This document shows, piece after piece, positions 26,326-37,598 of a stretch of DNA of 64,000 bases. Within the stretch, counting starts at the first letter, position 1, and every line of letters starts with the position of its first letter. The notes under the pieces are model-generated. The model worked only from the letters and a program-made list of their open reading frames with translations, did no database searches and had not been told where the DNA came from. The position numbers and the translations under genes are program-made. The DNA comes from Selaginella moellendorffii (Eukaryota; Plantae; Lycopodiophyta), in NCBI RefSeq assembly GCF_000143415.4, contig NW_003314261.1, forward strand, positions 4,146,880 through 4,210,879, written 5' to 3'.

Positions 26326-27945
26326 CTATTTGCCCAAGAAATCCCTCATGGGATCATCAAAGTGGACCTTCTTCATCTTGTACGCCTCCATATCCTCGGC
26401 CGTCACCTCGTCGCTGTAAGTCACATTATACTTCCTCTTGCGCTCGTCCTTCTCCTCGCGCAGCCGCTCGTCCTCCCTCTTGAGCGCCTCCTTGAGCTTC
26501 TTCCTGTCAAGCACAACGTCCTCCGCGACCTCTCCCCCCCAGCTCGCCAAGTTCTTCTCCTCAATCACCGGAGCTTTCTCCTGGACGGCCTCCTTCATCT
26601 CCATATTCGCTCGCATCAGCTCCGCCGACGCCTCCGCCGCGTCGATCCCCGCCTGGCCGGTGCAGTAGCTGTTCCTGATGAACTGCCGGCAGCACTTGTA
26701 TCCCCACTGGTGATCCCTCCAGAAGGACCCCCACACCGTGGTGTGGTTGTTTATGAACACGTCCTCCTCGTACTTGCTCTTCGGGACAGCCTTCTCCTGC
26801 CCCTTGATCATCCGCCCCGCTCGATCGTACTCCACCTGTCTCTCCGTCTGTCCGAGCAGGAGCTCCGCCGGGAGCTTGTCCGTGGCCGCGGCATTCCCAT
26901 ACTTCTCCATTATGTCCTCCTTGAGCTGCCCCTTGAGCTTCTCCTTCTTGACTTTGAAGTCCCGGTGGAGCAGCTCCGCCTGCGATGGAGCCGCCTGGAG
27001 ATGGATGTCCTGCCCCTTCTCGTAAGCCTCCCACGCGTGGATGTTGAGCTGCTTGAAGTCCTGCGCCTGGCCGCTGGCCCGGTTCTGGTTGTCGCCCATG
27101 TAGAACTTCTCGTTTGGATCGCTGTCCGGAAGGGGATCCTCTCGCATCGACCGCGTCTTGGGATCGTAGTAGGCCGAGTTCACGTCCAAGTTGAGGAGAT
27201 ACTTGGCAACGTCCTCCCTGATACGCAGGTTTCTCACAGTTCCAGTGCTGCCTCCTCCGGTGGTGCGCACTCGCTTCTCCACCTTTGCGAAGTCCATCTG
27301 CTTGCTCTCGTCCACCTTGGCCTCGTCCACCTCCGCCTCCTCGTCGCTGTCCGACTCGTCGCTGTCGCCAACTTTCTCTTTCTCATCCGGATTGTTTTGC
27401 TTCTGCTCCAGCTTCTTGAGCTGCTGCTCCTTCTGGTACTTGTTGCGCGCCTCGTCCTTCTGCTCCCAGTAGTTTATCACCATCGAGAACGTCTGCGGGT
27501 CGTAGCCGTTCCAGCGATCCCTCTTCCCATCGTAGTCCAGCTCGAAAGACTCCACTTTCTCGTCCGGGGCGATGTGTAAGTTGGACCACTTCGCCTGGAT
27601 CTTCCGGGGCCTGTCCATGCAGCTCTTGACATCGTGCGTTATCGCACCGCAGTTCTGGCAAGCCCCCTTTCGGAATTTGGTGGCCTGGAAGACCTTTGCT
27701 CCGCGCTCGTACCAGGCCTTGGTGTAGTTAGGGTCGGATTTCCACTTACGCTGATGCTTGAGACTGGGGCGCTCCGCGTTGAGGTACCACGGCGCCGAGG
27801 ACATGTACTGCGGGATGTGGGGATTGATCTCCTTCCCATCTTCGTCTACCTCTGCCGGAGCTAGCCCTGCCTTGCGCGCCTCCTCCAGCTCCATCTGCTT
27901 GCGGTGATCCTCGCGGGATTTGAAGGCCACGGACGCGGTCGCCAT
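26326..27945 (-). CDS. SLU7: Pre-mRNA splicing factor SLU7 (SMP1/SMP2-like), single exon
   Basis: MATASVAFKSREDHRKQMELEEARKAG; INPHIPQY; zinc knuckle CQNCGAITHDVKSC; RNLRIRED; DPKTRSMRE. Uninterrupted 539-aa ORF. Confidence 0.97.
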   Translation of the reverse strand: MATASVAFKSREDHRKQMELEEARKAGLAPAEVDEDGKEINPHIPQYMSSAPWYLNAERPSLKHQRKWKSDPNYTKAWYERGAKVFQATKFRKGACQNCGAITHDVKSCMDRPRKIQAKWSNLHIAPDEKVESFELDYDGKRDRWNGYDPQTFSMVINYWEQKDEARNKYQKEQQLKKLEQKQNNPDEKEKVGDSDESDSDEEAEVDEAKVDESKQMDFAKVEKRVRTTGGGSTGTVRNLRIREDVAKYLLNLDVNSAYYDPKTRSMREDPLPDSDPNEKFYMGDNQNRASGQAQDFKQLNIHAWEAYEKGQDIHLQAAPSQAELLHRDFKVKKEKLKGQLKEDIMEKYGNAAATDKLPAELLLGQTERQVEYDRAGRMIKGQEKAVPKSKYEEDVFINNHTTVWGSFWRDHQWGYKCCRQFIRNSYCTGQAGIDAAEASAELMRANMEMKEAVQEKAPVIEEKNLASWGGEVAEDVVLDRKKLKEALKREDERLREEKDERKRKYNVTYSDEVTAEDMEAYKMKKVHFDDPMRDFLGK

Positions 27946-28049
27946 GGTGCAAGATCGCGCTCTCGCCGAGGAGCCCTAGAATTGAGAAACCCTAGAAATG
28001 GGGGGACAAATGTTTTGCCCTTTCGCTAAAGCATAAGCCCTAAAGGAAT

Positions 28050-30276
28050 ATGCTTGCGCTGGCGAGGCGATGGCGCTCGGCGAAGGCGCCGATCTGGCCA
28101 GCTCCTTGCACGCGCTGTAAGTGCATTTCTCTTGAGCTGGAATCGCAAATTTTTCTTTTTCTCATCATGGCTTCTCTCTTTGGCAGGGAATTTCTCATCG
28201 GCTGCGTCACAGGTCGCCGAAGATGTGCCAGTGCCACAAACATTCGAGGAAGCTATTGGAGACAAACCTCTCCTCGTAAGATCTTCCTCTCCTTTCTTGT
28301 TTCATGAGGAGCATTTCTTCTTTCGTTTTGCTTCTAGACGATCGATTTTAAAAATGCTGTCTCGTCTTCCAGGTTCGCGATTACATCAGGCAGGCCTTGT
28401 ATCATCCCAAGTTTGGATACTTCTCGTCCAGGCCGGATGTTGTTGGATCTATGCGTGAGCCTCTTGACTTCAGTGGGATAAGCGGTGGTGTTTTTTTTTT
28501 CTCGAGTTCTTCTTTCTCTAGGAAAACCTTTCGTGACTAATTTCCGTCCTTTTCTCCAGGACGTTTCGCGTACAGGAAGCATATAGCCGAGCTCTACAAG
28601 CAGAATGATATGTCGTGGTTTACTCCAGTGGAACTCTTCCAGGTAAAACAATCGAAGTATCTGCATGACCTTTCTCATCGTTTCCTGTGTTTCTTTTAGC
28701 CGTGGTATGGATTTGCTGTCGCGGAGTACATTCTCCAAACCATGAATCCGCAATTTCCCCTGAAAGTAGGAAAGCTTGAAAAGAGAAAAAGCGCGAGATA
28801 TCTGACAAGCTTGTTTTGTAGATTTACGAGATTGGAGGTGGAACAGGCACTTGCGCGAGCAACGTCCTGGGCTACATCAGGGAGAGGCAAGGCGACGTCT
28901 ACAACACGATGCATTACACGTAAGTGTTGTGGCAGTGACCTTTGCAAGTTACTGTGCTGATTTCCATGGATTTAGATAGTTCCGTAGATGTCAGCGAGGG
29001 CCTGGCGAACAAACAGCGTCACCGTTTATGCGAAGAGGAGGAGCACGGTGACAAGTTCTCGGTGGAATGCCGCAATGCACGCGATAAATCTGGATGGGGT
29101 CTGGAAAGCTTTTGTTTTTACTTGCTTTTTAATATCTTCTTTACAGGTGAGCAGGACGAGTCGCCTTGTTACGTCGTCATGCTTGAGGTGGAGCATCTTT
29201 GCCAGTATGACCCTCTCTTTCTTGCTTACAAATCTTATTCTCGAAATCCCGGTTATGTCTGCTTCAGTTTGCTACTCGTGTTTTCATGGTTAACCCAGAG
29301 TTCTCCTGTACAGGTTTTAGACAACATGCCTCATGATCTCCTGTTCAGGGAGAGCTCCAAATCACCTTGGATGGAAACTTACGTCCAGTATGATTCTAGC
29401 GAGTAAGTTATTATCCTTTCTTCCTTTCTTCGCTGATCAGCATTTCCTCTAGATCGAGATTTGTCGAGCATCACAGACCCGTAGAAGACTCGCTGGTTTC
29501 TCGCTGCCTTGAGATTCTTGGCAAGGAACGGGATGGCGATAGTGTCGACGTCGTTCGCAAGCTAACTAAGTCAGTGAAGTCGATTTTCTCCAGGGTTCTT
29601 CCATCGCCTGAAAAGTGGTGGATACCGACTGGATGCATGGTAATGAGCTCCTTTTCTTGATGGTTTCTCCTTATCAGCTTCTCGTCTCTGGCAGGAACTC
29701 CTAGAGTCTCTTCATTACGCACGCCCCAATATGGTGATGGTGGTGTCGGACTTTAGCTTCCTTCCTGAAGTAAAAATTCCTGGACGTGGAGCTCCATTGG
29801 TTTCAAGCAAAGTAGGAGTCATTGGTTTTCAATTTTCGATTTTTGACCTTCGTTTTGTAGAAAGATGGTGTAACCACGGACTACTCGTCTTATCTCGATG
29901 CAAAGGTTTGGAAAGAATAAAATGTTTTTTTTCTTAAGGAGAGCTTGAATTCAACCACAGGGAGAAGCGGACATATTTTTCCCTACGGACTTTGATCAGC
30001 TTCTCATTCTCGACAACGAGTGCGCTATATCGCAATCGGAAGGAAAGATTGTTCCCAACAAATTTGGAGTCTACCGCGGGAGCGCAATCGTAAGTGACAA
30101 CGTTGCGTCAATGCGATTTCTAACTGTTCTTGCATTTCCATCAGATGAGTTCCAGCAACTTCATGAGCCGCTTTGCGTACGTGAACCAAGTCAAGACCAA
30201 GAGTGGCTTTAATCCGTTGCTGGACGAATACAGCAACACAAAAGTCTACCTGAGTGCTCCGGTTCTTAAAGGATAG
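28050..30276 (+). CDS. Mitochondrial NDUFAF7/MidA-like SAM-dependent arginine methyltransferase, multi-exon
   Basis: Presequence-like MLALARRWRSAK; VRDYIRQALYHPKFGYF; WFTPVELFQPWYG; IYEIGGGTGTCA; EVLDNMPHD; GEADIFFPTDF. Confidence 0.85.
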
Positions 30277-30325
30277 AGTGTGTCGATTTGCCAAACAGTT
30301 TTTCTCTTTTTCCATTGACAATCGC

Positions 30326-30995
30326 TCACGCTGAGGCTTTAGCTTTACTCGATTGCAAGCGTTGCTGCAACTTTAGAACCTGGAAGACGAGAGAAAAAAA
30401 AAGGAGTTTGATTGGAAAAGAAAACGAGAAGAACAAAGATTTTGCAATGCTCTACCTCTTCTCTTTTGGAGCCTTGTTGATCCTCTAGGCTTTTCAATGA
30501 TCCGTCAAGTCTCCTCCTATGAGGAAAAGAAAAGAGAAAAGAAAAAGTGAGAAGAAAGCTCCGAGCTATGGAGGATGTGCTTGGACTGACAGTTCTCCTG
30601 TGATATACTCGATGCGCTTGTTCACGTTGGCCTTGGCTTCCACCAGGTCTTGCTTCACGAGCACTGGTCCAATGAGCTTAAACACATTGGCGTCCTCTTT
30701 GAGAAGCTCTAGTTCCTGGGAAGCATGATTCACGAGAAGAAACTTTCAAGTTCTAGAAGAGAAATGCGATTCCTAGGCACGGACCTTGATCACCATCTCA
30801 TTCTCCCCTTGCTGGATCGTGTACTGCCGCCTCACTTGGTGATTCTTGCTAATGTCTGTATCGCCCGATCGGTCTTGTTAGAGCTGGAATCCCTGCAACA
30901 ATCGCGATCGCGATCGCCATACCTTTCTGGATCTTGTTGAGCTCCGACGCTCGCAATTCCAGCTGCCGCTGGAGCTCCTTCACCGCGGCCGCCAT
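30326..30995 (-). CDS. PFD6: Prefoldin subunit 6, multi-exon
   Basis: MAAAVKELQRQLE...DISKNHQVRRQYTIQQGENEMVIK|ELELLKEDANVFKLIGPVLVKQDLVEAKANVNKRIEYI. Confidence 0.93.
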
Positions 30996-31355
30996 GCGAT
31001 TCTCTTCTCCAAGAACTCTGGAGCCCTAAAATATGTTCCCAGGATTTTAGGGTTCTTGGATCTCTTCTCTGGGCTGGAGTGCAGCGCTTCAATCCGGCTC
31101 GACGCGGATTCCATGACCGCATTATAGGTAAGCGCGCTCCAGATCTTCTCTCCCGGCGCCAAGAAGAATGGCATTGCCGCCTTCCGGGAGCCTCTGGACT
31201 GCGACGAGCAGCGTCTTCGCGTGGCAAATCCAGCAACAAACGGAATTCTGCGCGGAATTTCACGACTGGTAGCAGCAGCAAAGATCCCTCTTCTTCTCCG
31301 ATCGATCGATCAGGGAAGAAGAATCAAGAACAAGAAAATATTTTCTCTCGGCCCA

Positions 31356-34066
31356 ATGGAGGAGGTGCTGCGCGCGCCGTCCTTCCTCATTGACGACGGG
31401 CTGTGGAACAAGCTCAACACGGAGCTCCGCGCGGCGTGTCACTGGTGCACGCACCACCACACCACCACTCCAGCCGAGGCGGCCAAGCAGCTGGAGCGTG
31501 GTGAGGGCTGGCCTCGCGACTGGATCTCCAGGAAGGTGAAGAACTCCACCCGGCAATTCGGCGGCCTCTTCATCTGCCCGGCGCCCGACTGCTCGGGCCA
31601 CTCCAACACCAAGGGGGAGCGCCGGAGGCGGTGGTTTTGCCGGTTTTGCATCAATCGCCACCTCAACGTGGATCTCAAGAGCTTCTTCCAGCTTGACGAG
31701 ATCCAGGGGAAGTGGATCCAGATACCAAATCTCTACTGCTGGCACTGCCGAGCCAAGACCGGGGAGGCGATGTGCGTGAATTGTCCACAGAAGAACGCCA
31801 AGAGGCCCAAGCGCGCGAGGGACTCGTCCGCCACCACTGCTCTTGGGCTGCCCCGGACCTTGCTCGCGTCTCCACAGCTCGGGAATGGGATGGCCATGCT
31901 CGGAGGATCCGGGGACGTGCACTACGATGGAGTGAATGGTGATGCCAAGCAGCCGGAAGGTGTCGATGTGGATGAAAGTAGCTTCCAGGCCGAGGTTCAC
32001 CCAAACTTGGCGCTCTCGCAGCCGACTCCCACCATGGCCGATCTTCGCTTCTTGGCTGGCGCTGGGCCGAGCCATCAGAGAGGTTTTTTTCCGGAAAAGG
32101 CAGGTATTGTTTCGCGACTGGATCTTGTTTCTTACTCACCTTGTTTTTTTTTTCTCCAGGCTCTCCTTGGTCGCGACGCGTTATCAGTTGTTCCAAATCT
32201 CATAGAGTTCTTGAACAACTCTACGACACCTTTTCATGCCACTTGTGAGAGCACCATCTGGTGACTTCGTGTAAGTTCTCTCCCGGTACTGATGCGGGGT
32301 TTTACTTATATCAGTGGAGGCAAGGAGGCATTTGCTGGAATCAGGCTTCCAGCAGCTGAACGAGTGTGAAGAGTGGGAGTTACAGCCAGGTGGTCGCTAT
32401 TTCTTCACGCGAAATATGTCCTCGATATTTGCTTTCGCCATTGGTCGGAAGTACGCATCTTCTTCTCATCTTTGTTCCTTTTCCATTTACTAATGCATGG
32501 CTTGATGTCAATGTGCAGGTATAAACCCGGTGGTGGCTTTCATGTATTGGCTGCTCATACAGATAGTCCCTGTCCAAAGCTTAAACCAGTATCTGCGGCT
32601 ACTAAAGGTGGTTTTCTACGTGTTAGAGTCCAAGCTTATGGGACTGGACTATGGAATACCTGGTTTGACAGGGATTTAAGTGTCGCCGGGCGGGTTTTAC
32701 GTAGAACAAAAAATGGAGAGCTTATTCATGATCTTGTTCGTGTTCGAAGGCCAATATTGCGGATCCCGAGTTTGGCGTTTCATATGGACAGGTCTGTCTC
32801 GCCTTTCTTGACACTCTTGCTCAAACTATTTTCTCTACAGGTCAGACAGTATGAAGCAAGATTTGGAGTCCCAACTAGCTCCAGTCCTTGCTACTCAAAT
32901 TGAAGCAGAACTGGCTGTTTCTTGTGACTCGGAGTCGCCGGGTGAACATGAAGGAAACCAAAGCAACGACGTCCACCACCCTCTTCTTTTGCAGGTAACT
33001 CTTTGCCCTGGCATTCAGCCAGTCACACTTTTTCAGGTGCTCGCAGACGAGCTTCACTGCGATGTCAGTGAAATCGCGGATTTTGAGCTGAGCATTTACG
33101 ACACTCAGCCTGCATGCATCGGAGGTGCTCGTCAAGAGTTTGTGTTTTCGGGAAGGCTGGACAACCTGGCGTCGGCGTTCTGCGCTCTCTGGGCTCTGCT
33201 GGATACGTCTTCTGAACCGCTGTCGATGCTGGATGAGGATTACATCCGCATGGTTGCACTTTTCGACAATGGAGAGGTATTGTTTTTGTAATTTGTTTTT
33301 TCGAACTTTGACTTTACATGGGAGATTTCAGGTTGGATCAGAAGCCGTTCAAGGAGCTGGTCCACAGACCATGTTCCAGGCCATGATGAGGATATCACGA
33401 TGGCTGGCTCGCGGTTCTACAAGCGAAGGCGTTGTAGAGCGAGCAATCCGACGCTCGTTTGTTGGTACGCATCATACAGAGTCTGAGGAAGGATTGTGTT
33501 TAACTTTTTGTTCTTTTCTTTTCCTTGTGTTGTGTGGCAGTATCTGCAGACATGGCTCATGCTTTGCATCCCAACAATGCCGAGAATGATGTGGAGCACA
33601 ACCAGCCAAAACTCCACGACGGTCTCGTAATCAAACACAATGTAACACAGAACAATGCGACAGACGCGATCTCTGCGTTTCTGTTCAAGGAGGTCGCCAA
33701 GCGGAATTGTATTCCGACACAGGTCAGCCTCGACTCGTCCACGCTCTGTGTCTCTCATTTTTAACGCTTTCTCTTGCGCGCAGAACTATTCCGTGGTCAG
33801 TGACGTTGGATGCTGCTCGACCATCGATTCAGTGCTGGCGGCAGGATATGGCATCCGTTTGGTGGATTGCGGTCTTCCACAGCTCGCGATGCACAGGTTT
33901 GCTCCATGATTGGGAATTATATCTTTCGCGCTGGCTGACTCTCTGGGGGCTTTGCAGCGTGCGAGAGATGTGCGGCACGGAAGATATTGACGCCGCCTTC
34001 CGCCACTTCCGAGCTTTCTTCCAAGAGATCGCTTCTCTCGACGATCAGCTCCGAGTGGACGCCTGA
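31356..34066 (+). CDS. M18 aspartyl aminopeptidase-like protein (probably catalytically impaired) with an N-terminal Cys-rich zf-4CXXC_R1-like domain and NLS
   Basis: Open frame from ATG 31356 through CHWC/CPAPDC/FCRFC/YCWHC/CVNC and KRPKRAR into LIEFLNNSTTPFHAT. Then YFFTRN, AHTDSP, LWNTWFDRDLSVAGRV, SGRLDNL, FDNGE|VGS, SADMAH, QLAMH|SVREMCG. The peptidase call is firm. The fusion is inferred, and there is an alternative in-frame ATG at 32034. Confidence 0.8.
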
Positions 34067-34510
34067 GAAATAGCCGGCGAGACGTACCAACGTGGGACGC
34101 CATCATCATTCTCAGCTTCTTGAGAGGTAAAAAAAAACTCTTCCTCTCTCCGAAACTCCGAGCGTTTCTCTTTTTTTTTCTTTCTCGTCTTTCGTCTTTC
34201 GTCTCTCTTTTTCTCACCATAGTCGTCTTTCTCTCCACATAAGCTGTGTACTACTGATAAGCGTCACAGGTATGACATAAGCATGGCCGTTAGCTATGCG
34301 CTTGTCATGTCCTTACACGATTCTTTTCCTCTCTTTTTGCTCTCACTCCGGCCTGGCGTCCTTGTGATTCTTCCGTATGTCTACTCCTGACGCAAGACTG
34401 GACGACAAAGTGTAACGCGCAGAGACGCGACGCGAGCATTCGTCCAGCCTCTGTCGCAAGGACTCGTCCAAGCTAAGCATCTCGAGCTTGCTACAGGGAT
34501 AACCGCGCAA

Positions 34511-34536
34511 GAGAGAGAGAGAGAGAGAGAGAGAGA
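34511..34536. repeat. (GA)n microsatellite
   Basis: About 12-13 GA units. A (TTC)n run also occurs at about 35279-35300. Confidence 0.9.
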
Positions 34537-35935
34537 CCCCGTTCAAAGCTAGATCGAGAGAGTGACTTCCAAGAGAGAAACGAAACAACCAACTATGGGG
34601 AATTGTTGTCGATCATGGAATCTTGAGCTCCATGTCTCTAGACTATTGCATCACAAGCCAAGTTTAATCGAATTTATTTTGCTAGTAGACCCCTCTCTGG
34701 CTGGATGGAGGATGGAAGATGGAAACGATGGAAGTTGGAGCTTCAACATCAAACACACTGGACAGTTCCTCCTTGTACAAACAAACAACAAACCCCTTCA
34801 AAGTTGCGTATGTGAAATGATGCGTGCACGCCATGCATGGCATCATCAGCAGCCCATGATGCCATCTCAAAGGCGTGGGGTCTCTTCACTCTCTTTTCTC
34901 CTCCATTTTAGCACCACACCACACAATCTAAAAGCTATGCTGCCATTCATTCTTTCGCCCATGCCCATGCCCACCACCTTTTCTCTCTCTCGTACGGTAC
35001 TGGGGGCATCTTGTCGCATATACCCCCACGCGGACGGTGCACGCTTTTATAATTTCACCATGGCCCACGTTGGCTCCAGTTATTATATGCGCGAATGCAA
35101 ACAAACAATTAAGCTTCTCCAGCTTTGATCAATCTATGTGTATTCTAGAACATCCTATTCTTCTTGTAGCATCTTCGCGACGAATCTCCTGCTCGCCCCC
35201 GCAATTGCCTTGCTTGTAATCAAAGGGGCCGGTGTTTACATCAATCGCTTGGATCTGTCATGCTCAGCCGACACATTTTTCTTCTTCTTCTTCTTCTTCT
35301 TTTTCGCGAGCTTGTCATCGAGAACTCCAGAGAGGAATAAGCCCACACTACTTATAGATGGAATAATCCACCTTCGAGTAGTGTGTGCCAATCCTTCCTT
35401 TCGTCTCGTCTCTGTCAACGTCGCGCTGGAGCGGAAAAACTATATGCACAAGAGAGAATGATCGTCGAGAGTGATTATCTACGCAACGAAAGAGAGAGAG
35501 AGAGGAAAAGAAAATGCTGCTTACCCGGTTAAATAGCTCGCGGATCAATCAATCAGCAAAGAGATGATCGCCTTTAATGGAGTATGTATATAAATCCGGT
35601 GGTCTCGTGTTCTTCCTTTAGGCATTTTTCCTGGCACTCGGGTAATATCCCCCTCCTCCCCCAGCTCTCCACGAATCAACCCATTCCTCCTCCATGCTCT
35701 TTCTCTCTGACTCGAGCCTTGCTAGATTCAATGCCGCTGCTGCTGCTGCTGTCCGTTTGCGTCATTTAATCTTCTGCGAGAAGACAGAAGACGAATATTA
35801 AAAAAGTATCGTCGATCGCGAGCAAGCAATTCTTTCTCTCCCAGTCTCCCAAAGTACGAAAGACTCGAACAATTCATAGTAGAATTCATCACTCCACCTC
35901 TTCCCTCTCTTCTAGTTCTTCCCCTCTATCTAGCC

Positions 35936-37187
35936 ATGGGAAGGCAGCCATGCTGTGAGAAAGTAGGACTTAAAAAGGGGCCATGGACTGCAGAGGAGGA
36001 CAGGAAGCTCATACACTACATCACCAGCCATGGGCACGGATGCTGGCGTGCAGTTCCTAAGCTAGCTGGTAAGCAAAGAAGGCATTGCCAAGAGAAAAAG
36101 GAACAAAACCTTACCTCTTTGTAGTTGAATTGATCGATCTCTCATCTCTCACTCGACGAAATTCGCAGGACTCCTACGCTGCGGAAAGAGCTGCCGCTTG
36201 CGGTGGACGAATTATCTCCGCCCCGATCTCAAACGCGGTGTTCTCACGGAGCAAGAGGAGCAGATGATCATCGATCTGCACGCTGTCATGGGAAACAGGT
36301 ACCATCTATCAGGAGAAATCCAAAAACGAGCTTTGGAAAGCATAGTCACCGGTTGGCATGAAATTTTGTGTCTCAGGTGGTCTCGCATTGCGGCACAGCT
36401 CCCCGGCCGGACGGACAACGAGATCAAAAACTACTGGAACACCAGGATCAAGAAGAAGCTCCGGCAGATGGGGATCGATCCAATGACTCATCAGGCCATC
36501 AGCAGCAGCACCGCCAGCGGCCTGAGCTGCGTCACCGAGGAGGCGTCGCAGGCGGCGTCGCCATCCTCGTCCACACCTGCGACCATCCAATTCACCAGCA
36601 GTCAGCAAGCGCAGGAGAACTTAGCGGAGACCATGATGAACCTGCTCGTCCAGGAGATGCCAGGCGCTGACACCTCCGCTCACGAGTATCTGGTCGTGCC
36701 ACCCTCCTCGTCCGCTTCCTCTTCTTCTTCCTCCGGGAGTTCCTGGCAGCAACTGGCAATGCTCATGCCTCCCCCTCGCTTCCCGCAGCCAGAGGCCGCA
36801 GCACAGCTCCCGTGCTGTCTCCAAAAGCAGGAGACGGACTCCAGCGAGCAGCAGCAGCAGCAGCAGCAGCAATCCACGAGTACGACTGTTGCATGCGTGA
36901 AGCGGGAAGTGTCATCGTCGCCGTCCCTGTGGGAGATCATCAACGGCCCCAGCAGCTTCCTCGACGACGAGTCGGCCTGCTCGCCGAGTTACTTCCAGCA
37001 ATGGAGCCACCCTGGTGCTGCTCAGCACCCCGTGACCGTTGCCAATGCCTCCAGTTCACATGATCCCTGGCGTTCGCACCCAGCTTTTGTTGAAAGCCAG
37101 CACCAGCCTCAAGAGGAAGGCGTCCGCTACCCACACTCTTGCCAAGAGGAGCTCCAGAGGCTGGCTGCCATCCTCGATGACATGTAA
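35936..37187 (+). CDS. R2R3-MYB transcription factor (exons 35936-36068, 36169-36298, 36377-37187)
   Basis: [22 protein letters not shown]; [24 protein letters not shown]; [28 protein letters not shown]; GIDPMTH motif; poly-Q encoded by (CAG)n at about 36849-36872. Confidence 0.97.
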
Positions 37188-37598
37188 AACCGCTTCTAAT
37201 TCCACCACCACTTGATTTATTTTTTTTCTGTCTTTCTTTTCTCGTCCCCGCTGCACGGCTCAGTTCGATGCTGTTTCTGTCCACAGTCGGTCGTCGATTC
37301 TGTCACCAGGCGTCGTCTTACGCACACGCCCCTGACTTGAAAGTTTGAATCTTCGACAGTGTACCCGTTGTACAATAGTCCGTGACAGGATCATCTTGAA
37401 TAACGAAGCAGTAAAGCTCTCCCACCTGCGGTACAAAAAGTTCTGTTATTTACTCGCCTGGAGAATGGAGTTAACGAAAAACTTTGCTGCCAGCCTTGAA
37501 AAGAAAAGCGGTGATAAATACAAATTCACAAGTACCCAGCTCGACAGCATAAAAACCGGTACCTGATAACGTGAGTAAAATGCATGCGCTGCGCCGTG

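Noticed and set aside
26362-27579. 405-aa plus-strand ORF opposite SLU7 (likewise 3194-3874, 6082-7005, 31260-32075 and many ORFs opposite the PPRs)
   Set aside because: Antisense shadows produced by G/C-rich codon usage of the real genes; no recognisable motifs.
34240-35935. Short ORFs in the long region upstream of the MYB gene
   Set aside because: No conserved motifs or codon bias; best read as extended regulatory DNA with microsatellites.
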